Assembly: GCA_004431415.1 (NCBI GenBank)
Contig: QPMI01000470.1
Coordinates: forward strand, 124,001-188,000
DNA length: 64,000 nucleotides
Source of the DNA: Cyanophora paradoxa CCMP329
Lineage: Eukaryota; Plantae; Glaucophyta
Direction: 5' to 3'
Under the pieces are notes generated by a model that ran no database searches, had not been told where the DNA came from, and worked only from the letters and a program-made list of their open reading frames with translations. This document shows, piece by piece, positions 9,882 through 19,600 of the stretch. Both the position numbers and the translations under genes were made by a program. Every line of letters starts with the position of its first letter. The stretch's first letter is position 1.

Positions 9882-10736
9882 ATGGGTGAATATAATCGAG
9901 TCCAACTTCCCATATATTCCCTTGGATCCCCAGCAATGCACTTTCGCCAGCATGAAGTGAATGATGAAGTTCGTGGTTTAGAATCCACAGAGAGACCCAA
10001 TTCCAATGGTAACTCCTTTGATAAAAATTCGATTATTCGAGTTAAAGAACTGAGAGCTGATAAGAATTCTGGTGTAGTCAAAACCACTCGACTCCTTGTC
10101 TCAAATGCGAATTTCTTCCAACCTACTAATGGAGGTCCTGATGCTTACAGTGTTGATCTGAAAGCCCTCGATTTCGATAAGAATTCTGCTGCTGTTACTG
10201 TGAGATCAGGAGGAGCATTTATTGGTGGTGGTTGTCGTGTTTCAGGACAACTCTCTTCATCAGTTTCGTATAATGATGTCCCAGATACTCTTGAACAAAA
10301 TGTAGAGAATCCCCAACGAATACGTTTCTATACACCAGTTGCACAGCAACCTTTTCTACATTTCTATGTTGCTTCCTCTGTCACTCTTGAAAATTCGGAA
10401 TTGGTTATTATAACAGGAACTGATCGAGTAAGAAGAAATATTCCGCTTCCCACAGCAATGCTATCTATGTGCAGAGCAAACAACAATCAAACAGGTCATA
10501 ATTACCTATTCTTTGTTCAAGCATCAAACCATTTCGGTCGAGGATATTGTGTTTATAACAATTTGACATTTACCTATGATTTGTTTGTAACTGAGGTTGG
10601 AGTTTACAATACTATGATTATGGGACTGAGGACAGATATAGCAGCTGTTTCGGCACTTCGAGGGGTAAATGTTGCTGATATATTCACAACAGGATTTTAC
10701 ATGGAACCAGATGTGATTGATGACCCAACCCCATAA
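9882..10736 (+). CDS. Putative fibre/spike-like protein, paralog A
   Basis: Clean ORF. Shares 'V.GL.STE...ELR.DKN.G.VKTT.LLV.NANF...SGGA.IG.G.RV.G' with the next ORF. The Gly-rich motif resembles viral fibre shaft repeats. Confidence 0.6.
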   Translation: MGEYNRVQLPIYSLGSPAMHFRQHEVNDEVRGLESTERPNSNGNSFDKNSIIRVKELRADKNSGVVKTTRLLVSNANFFQPTNGGPDAYSVDLKALDFDKNSAAVTVRSGGAFIGGGCRVSGQLSSSVSYNDVPDTLEQNVENPQRIRFYTPVAQQPFLHFYVASSVTLENSELVIITGTDRVRRNIPLPTAMLSMCRANNNQTGHNYLFFVQASNHFGRGYCVYNNLTFTYDLFVTEVGVYNTMIMGLRTDIAAVSALRGVNVADIFTTGFYMEPDVIDDPTP

Positions 10737-10759
10737 AAGATATATCCCTTTAATGTAAA

Positions 10760-11593
10760 ATGGCTGAGCAACCCCCACTTGAACGAATAATTACACCTCA
10801 GCTTTCATTAGCAGCACCTGCAAATCACGTTTTGCAGCATGCTACCTTTGATGATGTAGAAGGTCTCCAATCGACAGAAGTACAACCTACCATGAATACA
10901 TTCGGTTCCACCCATAAACTGAGATTGCAGGAACTCAGGTGTGATAAAAATAATGGTATAGTTAAGACAACGAAACTCCTTGTCACAAATGCAAACTTTT
11001 CTGCTCATTATGGAGACCCAGATAGCTATGGAGATCCTCTGTCTACTTATTCTTTTGAATCTAGGTCGGGAGCTATTAACTGCAAATCGGGGGGAGCTTA
11101 TATTGGTGATGGTCTTAGGGTTGGTGGGGCTGTTGGAGCGCCTCTATTTGTGAATGATCAACCCAATCCCATTGATCCCAACACAAGAATTCGAACCTAT
11201 GTCCCCAGCATGAATGCCCCATACATTATAAAGATATTCCCAATTGTTGTGAATGAACAAACAGCAGTAGTAGACTCTCTTGTTGAAATTGGTGACCACT
11301 ACAAGGTAGTTGTGGATATCCCACCAGATGTTTATGCTGTATGCCAAGTTGAAGGTGGAACTCCCAACTTTGCAGTTGTGATCACCCCATATGACAATTT
11401 CGGAATTGCTTATCATGGAGTCAATTTCGGTTTGGAAGACTATCAGTTTCTTGTGAGAGCCACCAAGTTTGGTATCTACAAGTGTGTGATGTTTGCAGAG
11501 AGAACCGATTTTATTGCAAAGCAGAATACCTATGCTGAATACTATGGGACAAATCGATATTTCCCCATTTTCGGGCAGGATACTGCTCCATAA
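10760..11593 (+). CDS. Putative fibre/spike-like protein, paralog B
   Basis: Tandem paralog of 9882-10736. The C-terminus 'VDIP...VVITP...F.V......VMFAERTD' resembles C-terminal domains of phage tail proteins. Confidence 0.6.
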   Translation: MAEQPPLERIITPQLSLAAPANHVLQHATFDDVEGLQSTEVQPTMNTFGSTHKLRLQELRCDKNNGIVKTTKLLVTNANFSAHYGDPDSYGDPLSTYSFESRSGAINCKSGGAYIGDGLRVGGAVGAPLFVNDQPNPIDPNTRIRTYVPSMNAPYIIKIFPIVVNEQTAVVDSLVEIGDHYKVVVDIPPDVYAVCQVEGGTPNFAVVITPYDNFGIAYHGVNFGLEDYQFLVRATKFGIYKCVMFAERTDFIAKQNTYAEYYGTNRYFPIFGQDTAP

Positions 11594-11615
11594 GAATATT
11601 GGTTATATATAGAGT

Positions 11616-11888
11616 ATGGATAGTAAAACAAAAAAGTTTATTGATGCTGCTATGACAGTCCATGGTAAAGATAAATTCGATTACAGTGAGACACATTACA
11701 TCAAAGCTCAAGAGAAAGTATCTGTTAGATGTTTGCAGTGTAACAAAGTGATCCTTACCTATCCCTTTAATCATGTGAAGGGATCAGGGTGTAGGGAATG
11801 CAACAAAAAGCACTCTCAGGCTTACAGGAAAAGGGCTACTTCATCAATAACAGTGGAATATAGGGATGTTTGCATTAGGTTCGATTAG
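11616..11888 (+). CDS. DUF723-like (homing-endonuclease-associated) Zn-ribbon protein, no nuclease domain
   Basis: 'FIDAAMTVHGKDKFDYSETHYIKAQEKVSVRCLQC...PFNHVKGSGCREC' fits the FI..A..VHG.KYDYS...Y.....KV.I.C...P..H..G.GC..C repeat of phage and giant-virus endonucleases. Confidence 0.7.
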   Translation: MDSKTKKFIDAAMTVHGKDKFDYSETHYIKAQEKVSVRCLQCNKVILTYPFNHVKGSGCRECNKKHSQAYRKRATSSITVEYRDVCIRFD

Positions 11889-11917
11889 GTTTAATTAATT
11901 TTTCTAAGGTATTCTTA

Positions 11918-12316
11918 ATGGAGACTCAATACAGAGGCTTTCATGTTATGCTTGATTACAAGGCTAAATCAGCTATTGCAACAGGAAATGAGCATGTGAG
12001 CTTCCTAGGTAATTGGATTATGGGAACCCTTGAACAAGCAGTATTAAGACAAGGTATTAGGATTGTTCATAAACACTGTGAAATATTTGATGGCAAAGTA
12101 TCACCTCCTGGTTTTGCATTGGTTCTGCTATTAGATGAAAGCCATTGCACAGCTCATTGTTATTCCAATGAAGGCATGTTAGCAATTGATATATTCAGTT
12201 GTGGTAAAGAAGCTCAGCATAAAACACAAGCAGTTGCAGATGAGATCGATAAAACAATGAATTTCCTCACATTTGAGAAGACTGAGAGACATAAACATGA
12301 TAGATTCCCGTTTTGA
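11918..12316 (+). CDS. speD: S-adenosylmethionine decarboxylase proenzyme (short bacterial-type, pyruvoyl-dependent)
   Basis: 'GFHVMLD...PPGFALVLLLDESHCTAHCYSNEGMLAIDIFSCG' contains the ESH autocleavage motif and D.F.CG motif; 132 aa. Confidence 0.88.
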   Translation: METQYRGFHVMLDYKAKSAIATGNEHVSFLGNWIMGTLEQAVLRQGIRIVHKHCEIFDGKVSPPGFALVLLLDESHCTAHCYSNEGMLAIDIFSCGKEAQHKTQAVADEIDKTMNFLTFEKTERHKHDRFPF

Positions 12317-12788
12317 TGAGTTTCTATAATGAGTTTTGAAAGGATTCCTTTGTTTTATAACAATAACATTGATCAGCTATTATTACAACAGGATATAATA
12401 TATCCTTTACCTACAATAGCTTTTTACAATGATTATTTTCCGGATTCCGGTCATTCTTTACGATAGAAATTCTACTGTATGATGTAGCCGAAATATGAAT
12501 GCACCCTACATTAAGCAATGTCAAACTCAGCATCTCCCCTAGATTCCCCCTATTATATAATATTTATATTAAAGTGGACTCAAGGTTGACTCATATTAAT
12601 CGTAAAAGTAGTAATAGTATATGGAATTTGTTACGAATTCAATGCAAGGGTTGACTAAGTGGGTTGAGTTGACTCAAATTTCACAGGAAATAACAATGAA
12701 TCAGAGTTTAAAATGCATTTTTTGAATCAACTACACCAACTAACACTGAGATTTTCACAAAATATGAGGTCCTTACTGAATATGGTAT

Positions 12789-12881
12789 GTGTCACAGGTG
12801 TCACAGGTCTATCCCAAAGTTTTCTATAGCATAAAAATGAACTCTCAAAAGTTTGGGATGGACCTGTGACACCTGTGACAC
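12789..12881. repeat. Palindromic unit 1 with tandem 9-bp iterons
   Basis: GTGTCACAGGTGTCACAGGTC (12789-12809) and its exact reverse complement (12861-12881); the arms extend inward to about 35 bp with 2 mismatches. Confidence 0.9.
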
Positions 12882-12988
12882 TCGATTATTTCATTTGTTT
12901 ATTCAAGTAGAATTACATAGATAAAATTCTTACTTATTGTTACTGAGTTTTTCAATATAAAAGAGGCTCTTACCATAAATGGTGTTGT

Positions 12989-13088
12989 TCACAGGTGTCA
13001 CAGGTCTATCCCAAAGTTTTCATATATATAAAAATCAACTCTCAAAAGTTTGGGATTGACCTGTGACACCTGTGACACCTGTGACACC
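12989..13088. repeat. Palindromic unit 2 (direct copy of unit 1, with three ACCTGTGAC units on the right arm)
   Basis: TCACAGGTGTCACAGGTCTATCCCAAAGTTTT...AAAAGTTTGGGATTGACCTGTGACACCTGTGACACCTGTGACAC. Confidence 0.9.
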
Positions 13089-13328
13089 CAAATTCCTAAG
13101 GGTCCCCCCTTAGACTTATAAAAACATGATAAAAACATATCAATTTCATGTATAATTACGATTGAATTCAATAAGAGATCGATTTGTTTTATTTAACAAA
13201 TGAATCTTTTATGGATCTTAATCGAGTTTAGCGATATGTTTCCGATTAAATGAATTAAATTTAATTACATTTAATCGAGAAAGTACATGAATATAATATC
13301 GATTAAATCAATTAACTTTTAGACCAAT

Positions 13329-13614
13329 CACACATAGTAAAATGCGGAGTTTTAACCAGAGGCAAGATCTAATTGAGATTCAGTTATATTATTCGGAAAT
13401 ATACACAGATTATCGATTAACTCAGTAAGACTAATCGGAAAATAAGAGAAATTTACGATAAAATATCGAAAAGAATACAAAATAATCGAAATAAATGAAT
13501 ATTCGATAAGATATACACAGATTATCGATTGATTGAAATAGAATATACGAGATATATCAACAAAATCAATTAAGATTAAGCCGAGGGTTAAAACTCCGCA
13601 TTTTACTATGTGTG
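13329..13614. repeat. Terminal 29-bp perfect inverted repeat around an AT-rich, imperfectly self-complementary 228-bp spacer
   Basis: CACACATAGTAAAATGCGGAGTTTTAACC (13329-13357) pairs with GGTTAAAACTCCGCATTTTACTATGTGTG (13586-13614). An internal 20-bp direct repeat lies at 13399-13418 and 13511-13530. Confidence 0.93.
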
Positions 13615-16600
13615 CCCGGCGCCCGATCCTCGCGCTCGCGACCAGTCGCGTCAGTCCGGCGCCGACCGTCCTGCTTCGCAGGAAGCCTCGTCATCCTCCG
13701 CCAAGCTCAAGGCGCCGGCGTGCTTCCGGGTGGTCTCGCCCCGCGCTCGTGCTTCCGCATTCGGAACGGATGCCGAGACGGTACCGGCCTCTGGATCTGG
13801 TGGCGGGCGACAGAATCCCACCGGAAAGGATGCGGACGCGGAATCCGCCGATCGCGACGATGCGATCGCGAACGCGAGCGGTGCCCTCTCGCGGGAGGAG
13901 GCGGCGGGCCGGCTGGCGGCTGCCGCCGCGTCGGGCGAGAGCCTCGTGTACGGGCGGCGCGAGGCGAAGGCGCAGCTCGTGGAGCTGCTCGCGGCCGCCC
14001 GCTGCGGCGAGTACCTTCAGGGCGGCGCCGCGAGCGGGCACACGCTCCTGGTCGAGGGCGGACGGGGCTCGGGGAAGAGCACGTTCGGTGAGCGGGCGCC
14101 CGATCGCGAGTTTGAATTTCCTGAATTTCGAGCATCGCCCACCGCAGTGGCGGAGGCGGAGCGGCTGTGCGAGGTCATCGACCTCCCGTTCCTGAGCCTG
14201 CAGCCCGACCCCAAGGAGGTACTCTCGCTGTCAATGTCCCTTGCAGCCGACGCCGGCGCTGACGTCGACGTCATTGTCGGTTTCATTCCGCTTATACGAA
14301 CTTCTATTTGATTTTAATATTTAATTCACAAAGATTCTTATAAGACTTTTTCATTATTGGTATATGACCTAAGGATGGCAGATGCACCCGTACGAGGCCG
14401 TGCGGCTGCTGCTGCGGGGGCTCATGCTGCCCGAGGGCGGAGCCGGCTGCACTCGAGCGCCACCGAGCTCGAGGCGGCTGCGGTGAACGCCGGCGCCGGC
14501 GCGGGCCACTCGCGCACGCAAAGCGTCTCCGAGATCGCTGCGGAAGCCATGGCCAACGCCGACCGACGACGACGGGCGTCGACGTCGGCGGGAATTTCCA
14601 TGGAAGCATGGCTCCAGTCCGCGGGGAGGCGTCGGTCCCGCCCTCGCCGCAGGGTTCGAATTCCGCTGTCGCCGGCCCCGGCGGCGCCGGCGGCGCCGGC
14701 CCCGGCCTTGGCAGCCCGCGGGCTTCGACCGGCTCGGAAACGCGCGCAGTGCGGATCCTCGGACGCAGTCCGAGCTCGGTGGGGAGCCCCAAGAGTCAGG
14801 GCCAGCAGCGCGGCACCGGCAGCCCCCGTACCTCGACGGAAATTCGGCTGTTTCCAGGGCGCAGCGCTAGCCCGGGCCGGGGTAGCCCGCGGCACGGGCT
14901 CGAGGCCCGCGGGGGCTTCTTCTTGAGCTCTTTGTCTCCAGCTGCCATGGCCGGCCGCGGCCTGCCCGGCGGCGATCGCGACCTGCGGCCCGTCGAGTTT
15001 GACACGGAGGACCAGTTGGGCGATTTCGAGCGCGAATGCGGCCCTTCCTCGCAATCCGACGGCAGGGGCATCGAATCGTGGCTGGAGCCGCCCTCGTGCC
15101 GCTCGGCGTCGGCGGAGTCGCCCGCAGGCAGCTCGCCCCGGCCGGCCGCGGGCCAGCCCAGAGCCGCCGCGGGCCCGGGCCCCGCCTCTCGTCCTTCGGC
15201 GACGGCAAGCTATTTATAGACGCCCTCGAGTTTCTGAAGCGCGTGGACATGCCCCTCGCCACCGGACGAAACGCTCAGGCCCGCGAAAGTTTACTTGCGA
15301 AATCCGCAATCGCCTTCGTTTTTGCGCTAATTAATTTCGCAGGTGATCGTTCGGCTCCTGCGCGACGGCATTTTCTTCCCTTCCACAACGTCTGCGGAGG
15401 GCTCGAGCTCGCACTTCCCCCCTGGCCCCGGCTCGAATGCTTCCTCGTCGGCCGCCCGGCGCCGCCGCTCCCTAGCCGCCTACAGCGGCACCGGCGTACC
15501 CTCCCCGGCCGGCAGCGAGAGGCGCGCCTTGGGCGACGCTCGCGCCGCCACCGCTGCGGGCCTCGTCGACTTCCAAATGGCCGACTCCTCGGAGGGGCAC
15601 CGCGTTTTCTCGTTCCTCTGCCGCCTTCTCGAGGTGCTCACCTGAGCCTTGATCTTGAGCCCGCGCCCGCCGGTGCCTTGGAGTGAGCGGGGTGGTGCGC
15701 AGGGGTTGGCGCGGAGCTCCGGAGCGCTCGTCATCGTGGACGGTTAGCCCTGCGCTACGCGCGACGTCGATCGCGACGCCCTGCGCCCGGCACTTTAAAA
15801 TTTGGCTCATCCGGAGCCCTCCCTCGCGGTCGGCCGCAGATTTCTGCGACCTCGACGCCGCCTCGCAGAAGTGCCTCGCCTTCGTCGCCCAGACCGGGTC
15901 CGTTGCCGCGAGCTCGAAGCTTTCATTTCCTTCGAGGCAGCCTTCGCTGAGCGCGGGCAGGCGGGTGTGCGTGCTGGCGACGTCGCGGAAGGTTCCGGCG
16001 AGCACCGTCTCCGTCGAGTTCAACATGCTGCGGCAGAGCCGCCAGACGCGCCGCGTCGAGCTCGCCCCCTGGTCCTCCCTCGGTGAGACTGAGCGGTTTC
16101 GAACCGCCTCCAGCTCCGCGCAGATTCCAACCTTTCCGACCCGGTCCGACCCGGCCCGACCCGCCCGCGCCGCAGACGACGTGGCGGGCTTCGTGAGCTT
16201 CGTGCTGCGGATCGAGAAGGAGAACCTCTCGCCCGTGCTGGCCAGGGCCCTCGCGGAGCGCACGGGCGGGGCGCCGCGCCCGCTCCGCGAGCTCGTCCTT
16301 TTCCTCGTCAAGACGGGCTTCATCGAGCTCGACAACGGCCGGGCACTCGCCTCGGCCGCCCTGCTGAGAACCGCCGCAACGGGCACGGACGCGGAACCGA
16401 ATTCAAGTCGGCCTTCCTCGAGGAGTCACGATCAAACGCGACGCCACTCCGCCATCGTCTTCGAATTTCCATCGATTTCCACGCCGTCATCTCTGTCGTC
16501 GATGTCGGCCGCGGCCGACGGGCCCGGATCCGGATCCGGAAGCGCTATCGCTAGCTACAGCGGCGCCGCCGGCATCGGAGCGCTGATCCTTCCGCTGGCG

Positions 16601-19600
16601 CCGCTGCCACCAGCGCTGAAGCCCGCCTCGGTCTCGTTCGGAGTGGGGTCGATCTTCCCTTCAAATTCAAAGGAGGCCGCGGCCACGGCGCACGCTCAGG
16701 GCGCCGGCGCCGGCGCCAGGCGCCGCTCGAGCCTGCGCGCGCTCTCGATCTCGGACAATGGCGCCGGTGCTGTCGCCAGCGACCTGTCCGGGCTCTCCAT
16801 TGACTTGAGGGCCTTGCCCCTGCCCGACAGGTGCTTCAAGATACCGAAAGCTTAAGTTCTCTAGAACTCCCCACATTAGATTCGACCCTGAAGCTTGAGC
16901 TAAGCTAATCTAAGCTAAACTAAGCTAAACTAAACTAAGCTAAGCTAAGCTAAGCTAAACTGAAGCTAAGCTAAGCTAAGCTAAACTAAGCTAACTTAGT
17001 AGAAGCTAAGCTAAGCTAAACTAAGCTAAACTAAGCTAAGCTAAGCTAAACTAAGCTAATCTAAGCTTAAGCTAAGCTATGCTTAAGCTGAGCGAGCCCC
17101 GCCGGCAGCCTCCTGCCGGCGTCGATCCTCTCCGAGCTGGACCGGATCCCGACCGTCGCCGCCGACGCCCTCAAGCTCGCCTCCGTCCTCGTCCGTCGAC
17201 GTTGACGCGCCCCCTTCCGATCCGTTGACGATGTGGCACTGATCCAAGGCGGCATGCGCATGCGCAGGGGCCGCGCTTCGAGTCCGGCCTCGCGCAGTAC
17301 GCCCTAAACGGCGCCGTCGACTGGGGCACCATCGCCGACTGCCTCAAGGTACTCCCTTCCAGTTTTAGTTATTTGGTATGCTGATTTACATAACAAAACA
17401 GGTGCTGGAACGGCACGGGGTGCTGGCCTGCGTGCAGATGCCCGATGGACTCTTTGAATACGGTGCGAAACTTGAAACATCGGAGCTCGAGCCGCAGAAT
17501 CGGTTAACAAAACTCGATGCTGACCGTTTTCGCACAACAGTGTTCACTGAGCCAGCCCATGGTTCGCGACTTGCCATCATGCTATCGATTATAATTAGCA
17601 GGCCTAGGCTCCAGCACGTGCAATCATCTCTTTGCGATGGCTGACACCGCGCGCCATGACCCCCAGCCCTTATGTCTAATACACACGCATCTATAACACA
17701 CGCATATTATTGTATTACTTGCTCCGGCCCTTATTTCGCTTCGCTTTTCGCAGTGGAGGTGCTGCGGAAGACGGCGGGCCCCTCCGAGGCGGCCCTCGTC
17801 GCGTGGCGAGCGGCCGAGTACCTCTGCCGCACCTCTGAGCACCGCGGCAAGGCCGATGCCGCGCAGGTCCGCGAGATAATATAGATATCGATCTAGTCCG
17901 GGCTGGCCATGGCCTCTATGGAATTAGCTAAGTGCTGAGCAGGTCGCGGGGTACTACGCCGCGGCGGGGGCTGCTTCGTTCGCGGAGCCGTACTGGGAGA
18001 TTGCGGCTGAGGCGGCGATCGAGTCCGGCCGCCCCGCCGAGGCCCTCGCGACGCTCCCCGCGGAGCGTGCTCCGCCCGCGGCCGCCGTGTCATTGCGGTC
18101 CCGTGGCGGAAAGTTCTTGGCGCAAAGCGCGGCGGGCGCGGCGGGCGCGGCGGGCGCGGCGGGCGCGGGGGCGCGGGGGCGGCGAGGCGCTGTGCGGGGC
18201 GCGGCGTCTCGAGCTCCGATCGCGCGCCCTCTTTGCCCTCGGACGCCTGGACGAAGCCCTCGAGGCGTGTACCCACCCACCCACCCACCCGTCCCAGCCC
18301 TTCCATCGCCAGCCTCCTGACGCCCCACGCCAGGCCGTCCAGGCGTGCTTTTTGCAGCTGGGGGTCAAACTGCAGGGCAGGCGGCCCCTTGCACTCCCCG
18401 TCCTCCTTGCCGCCCTCTCCTCCTCCCGGCCTCCGGCGCCCGACCCCAGATTGTGCGTCATTCCTGCGCAGTGTTACGCCAGACCTGATGTTTTGCGGGC
18501 TGGGCAGGGGCGCGCTCAACGCGGGCGCGCGGCGCATTCCCAACTCTCTGCAGGCGGCGCTGCAGCGGGCGACGGAGGCGCCGCCCGAGCAGCGCCGCGC
18601 TGACATCCTCGTCGCCGCTCTGGGTAACTTAGTAATTACAGATTCGAATAAAACAAGCTGCGGCCGATCCTAATCTTCGGTTTGCAGGAACCTACGTGTC
18701 CATCCTCGCCCACTGCGGCGACGCCGCCTCTGCCGCCGAGTCTGGTCTGCCCGCTCTGTTTCCGCCGCTTTCCGTCGAGTGAGTGAGCGGCCGGGCAGCG
18801 CTGGCGATGGTGCGGCTGGCGCGGCGGTGGAGCCCCGACGCGGTCCGCGCGGACGCCCTCGCCACCGCCGCCTCCGCCTTCTCCGTGCGCCCCGCGCGTC
18901 GACTCCTGTCCCTGAGCCTACGCCCTGTTATCTTTGTCGCCGACGGGGCGGGGCGGCAGCGGGCGCGGTTCGGGCGGCGGGCGACGGAGGCGCTCCTCGC
19001 GGGGGCGTCCCGCGCGGCAGCCGCCCTGCCCGCCGGCGAGCTCCCGGGGCCCCTTTCCGTGGCGCAGGTCCCCGCGCTCTCCCGCCCTGTTCTGAACCGT
19101 TCTTAAAGCTCTAGCTTCGCGCTGTAAATTTACTTCGCGCTCAGGTGACGTCGGCGGCGCTGGGCGGCGCGTTCGGCGCGGTCGACGCCTCCGCGCGGTC
19201 CCTCGCATCGCGGGTGCGCCCGATCTAAGCTCGCCGCGCTCGCTCACTTCTGACCGCCTTCTCTTCTTTCTCACGATCGCTTTCGAGCAGCTGCGGGCGG
19301 TGGGCAAGGACTCCGACGCGGGCGAGGTGGCGCTGGCGCACGCGCTGTCGCACCTCCTCCGGGGCCAGACCGGCCCCGCCCGCGCCCTCTACACGTCCCT
19401 CGTGTGCTCGACCCGCCCCCAGGCTTAAACCCCTCCAACCGCACGTTGCGAGCTCACCGGCCCTTCCATGTGCGCAGGAAGCGCACTCCGTCGCATCCCA
19501 ACACCCCCTACACCTGTCCGCACCCTTCGGATTCGATCGCGCGCAATCCCGTGCGGCTGACTGTGCGGCCGGCAGCTTCTGGGCGCGCCTCGGCCGCGCG

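Larger units (their letters stand above)
1..13614. mobile_element. Endogenous dsDNA virus (double-jelly-roll lineage; Polinton-like or small NCLDV-related), one arm plus terminus; continues left of the window
   Basis: AT-rich, intronless, tightly packed ORFs encode MCP, two pentons and fibres. Composition switches abruptly to very GC-rich intron-containing DNA exactly at the end of a 29-bp terminal inverted repeat (13614/13615). Confidence 0.9.

Noticed and set aside
12789-13088. CRISPR array
   Set aside because: Only two long palindromic units with near-identical cores, no unique spacers and no cas genes; eukaryotic viral context.
1-13614. Bacteriophage or bacterial contaminant (S74 fibre, speD, DUF723)
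   Set aside because: Capsid and penton genes are of the eukaryotic double-jelly-roll type, I see no consistent Shine-Dalgarno motifs, and the block ends precisely at an inverted repeat joined to host DNA. Read support is still needed.
16891-17088. Telomeric repeat
   Set aside because: Degenerate CTAAG/CTAAA pentamers inside an intron, not a telomere-type unit.
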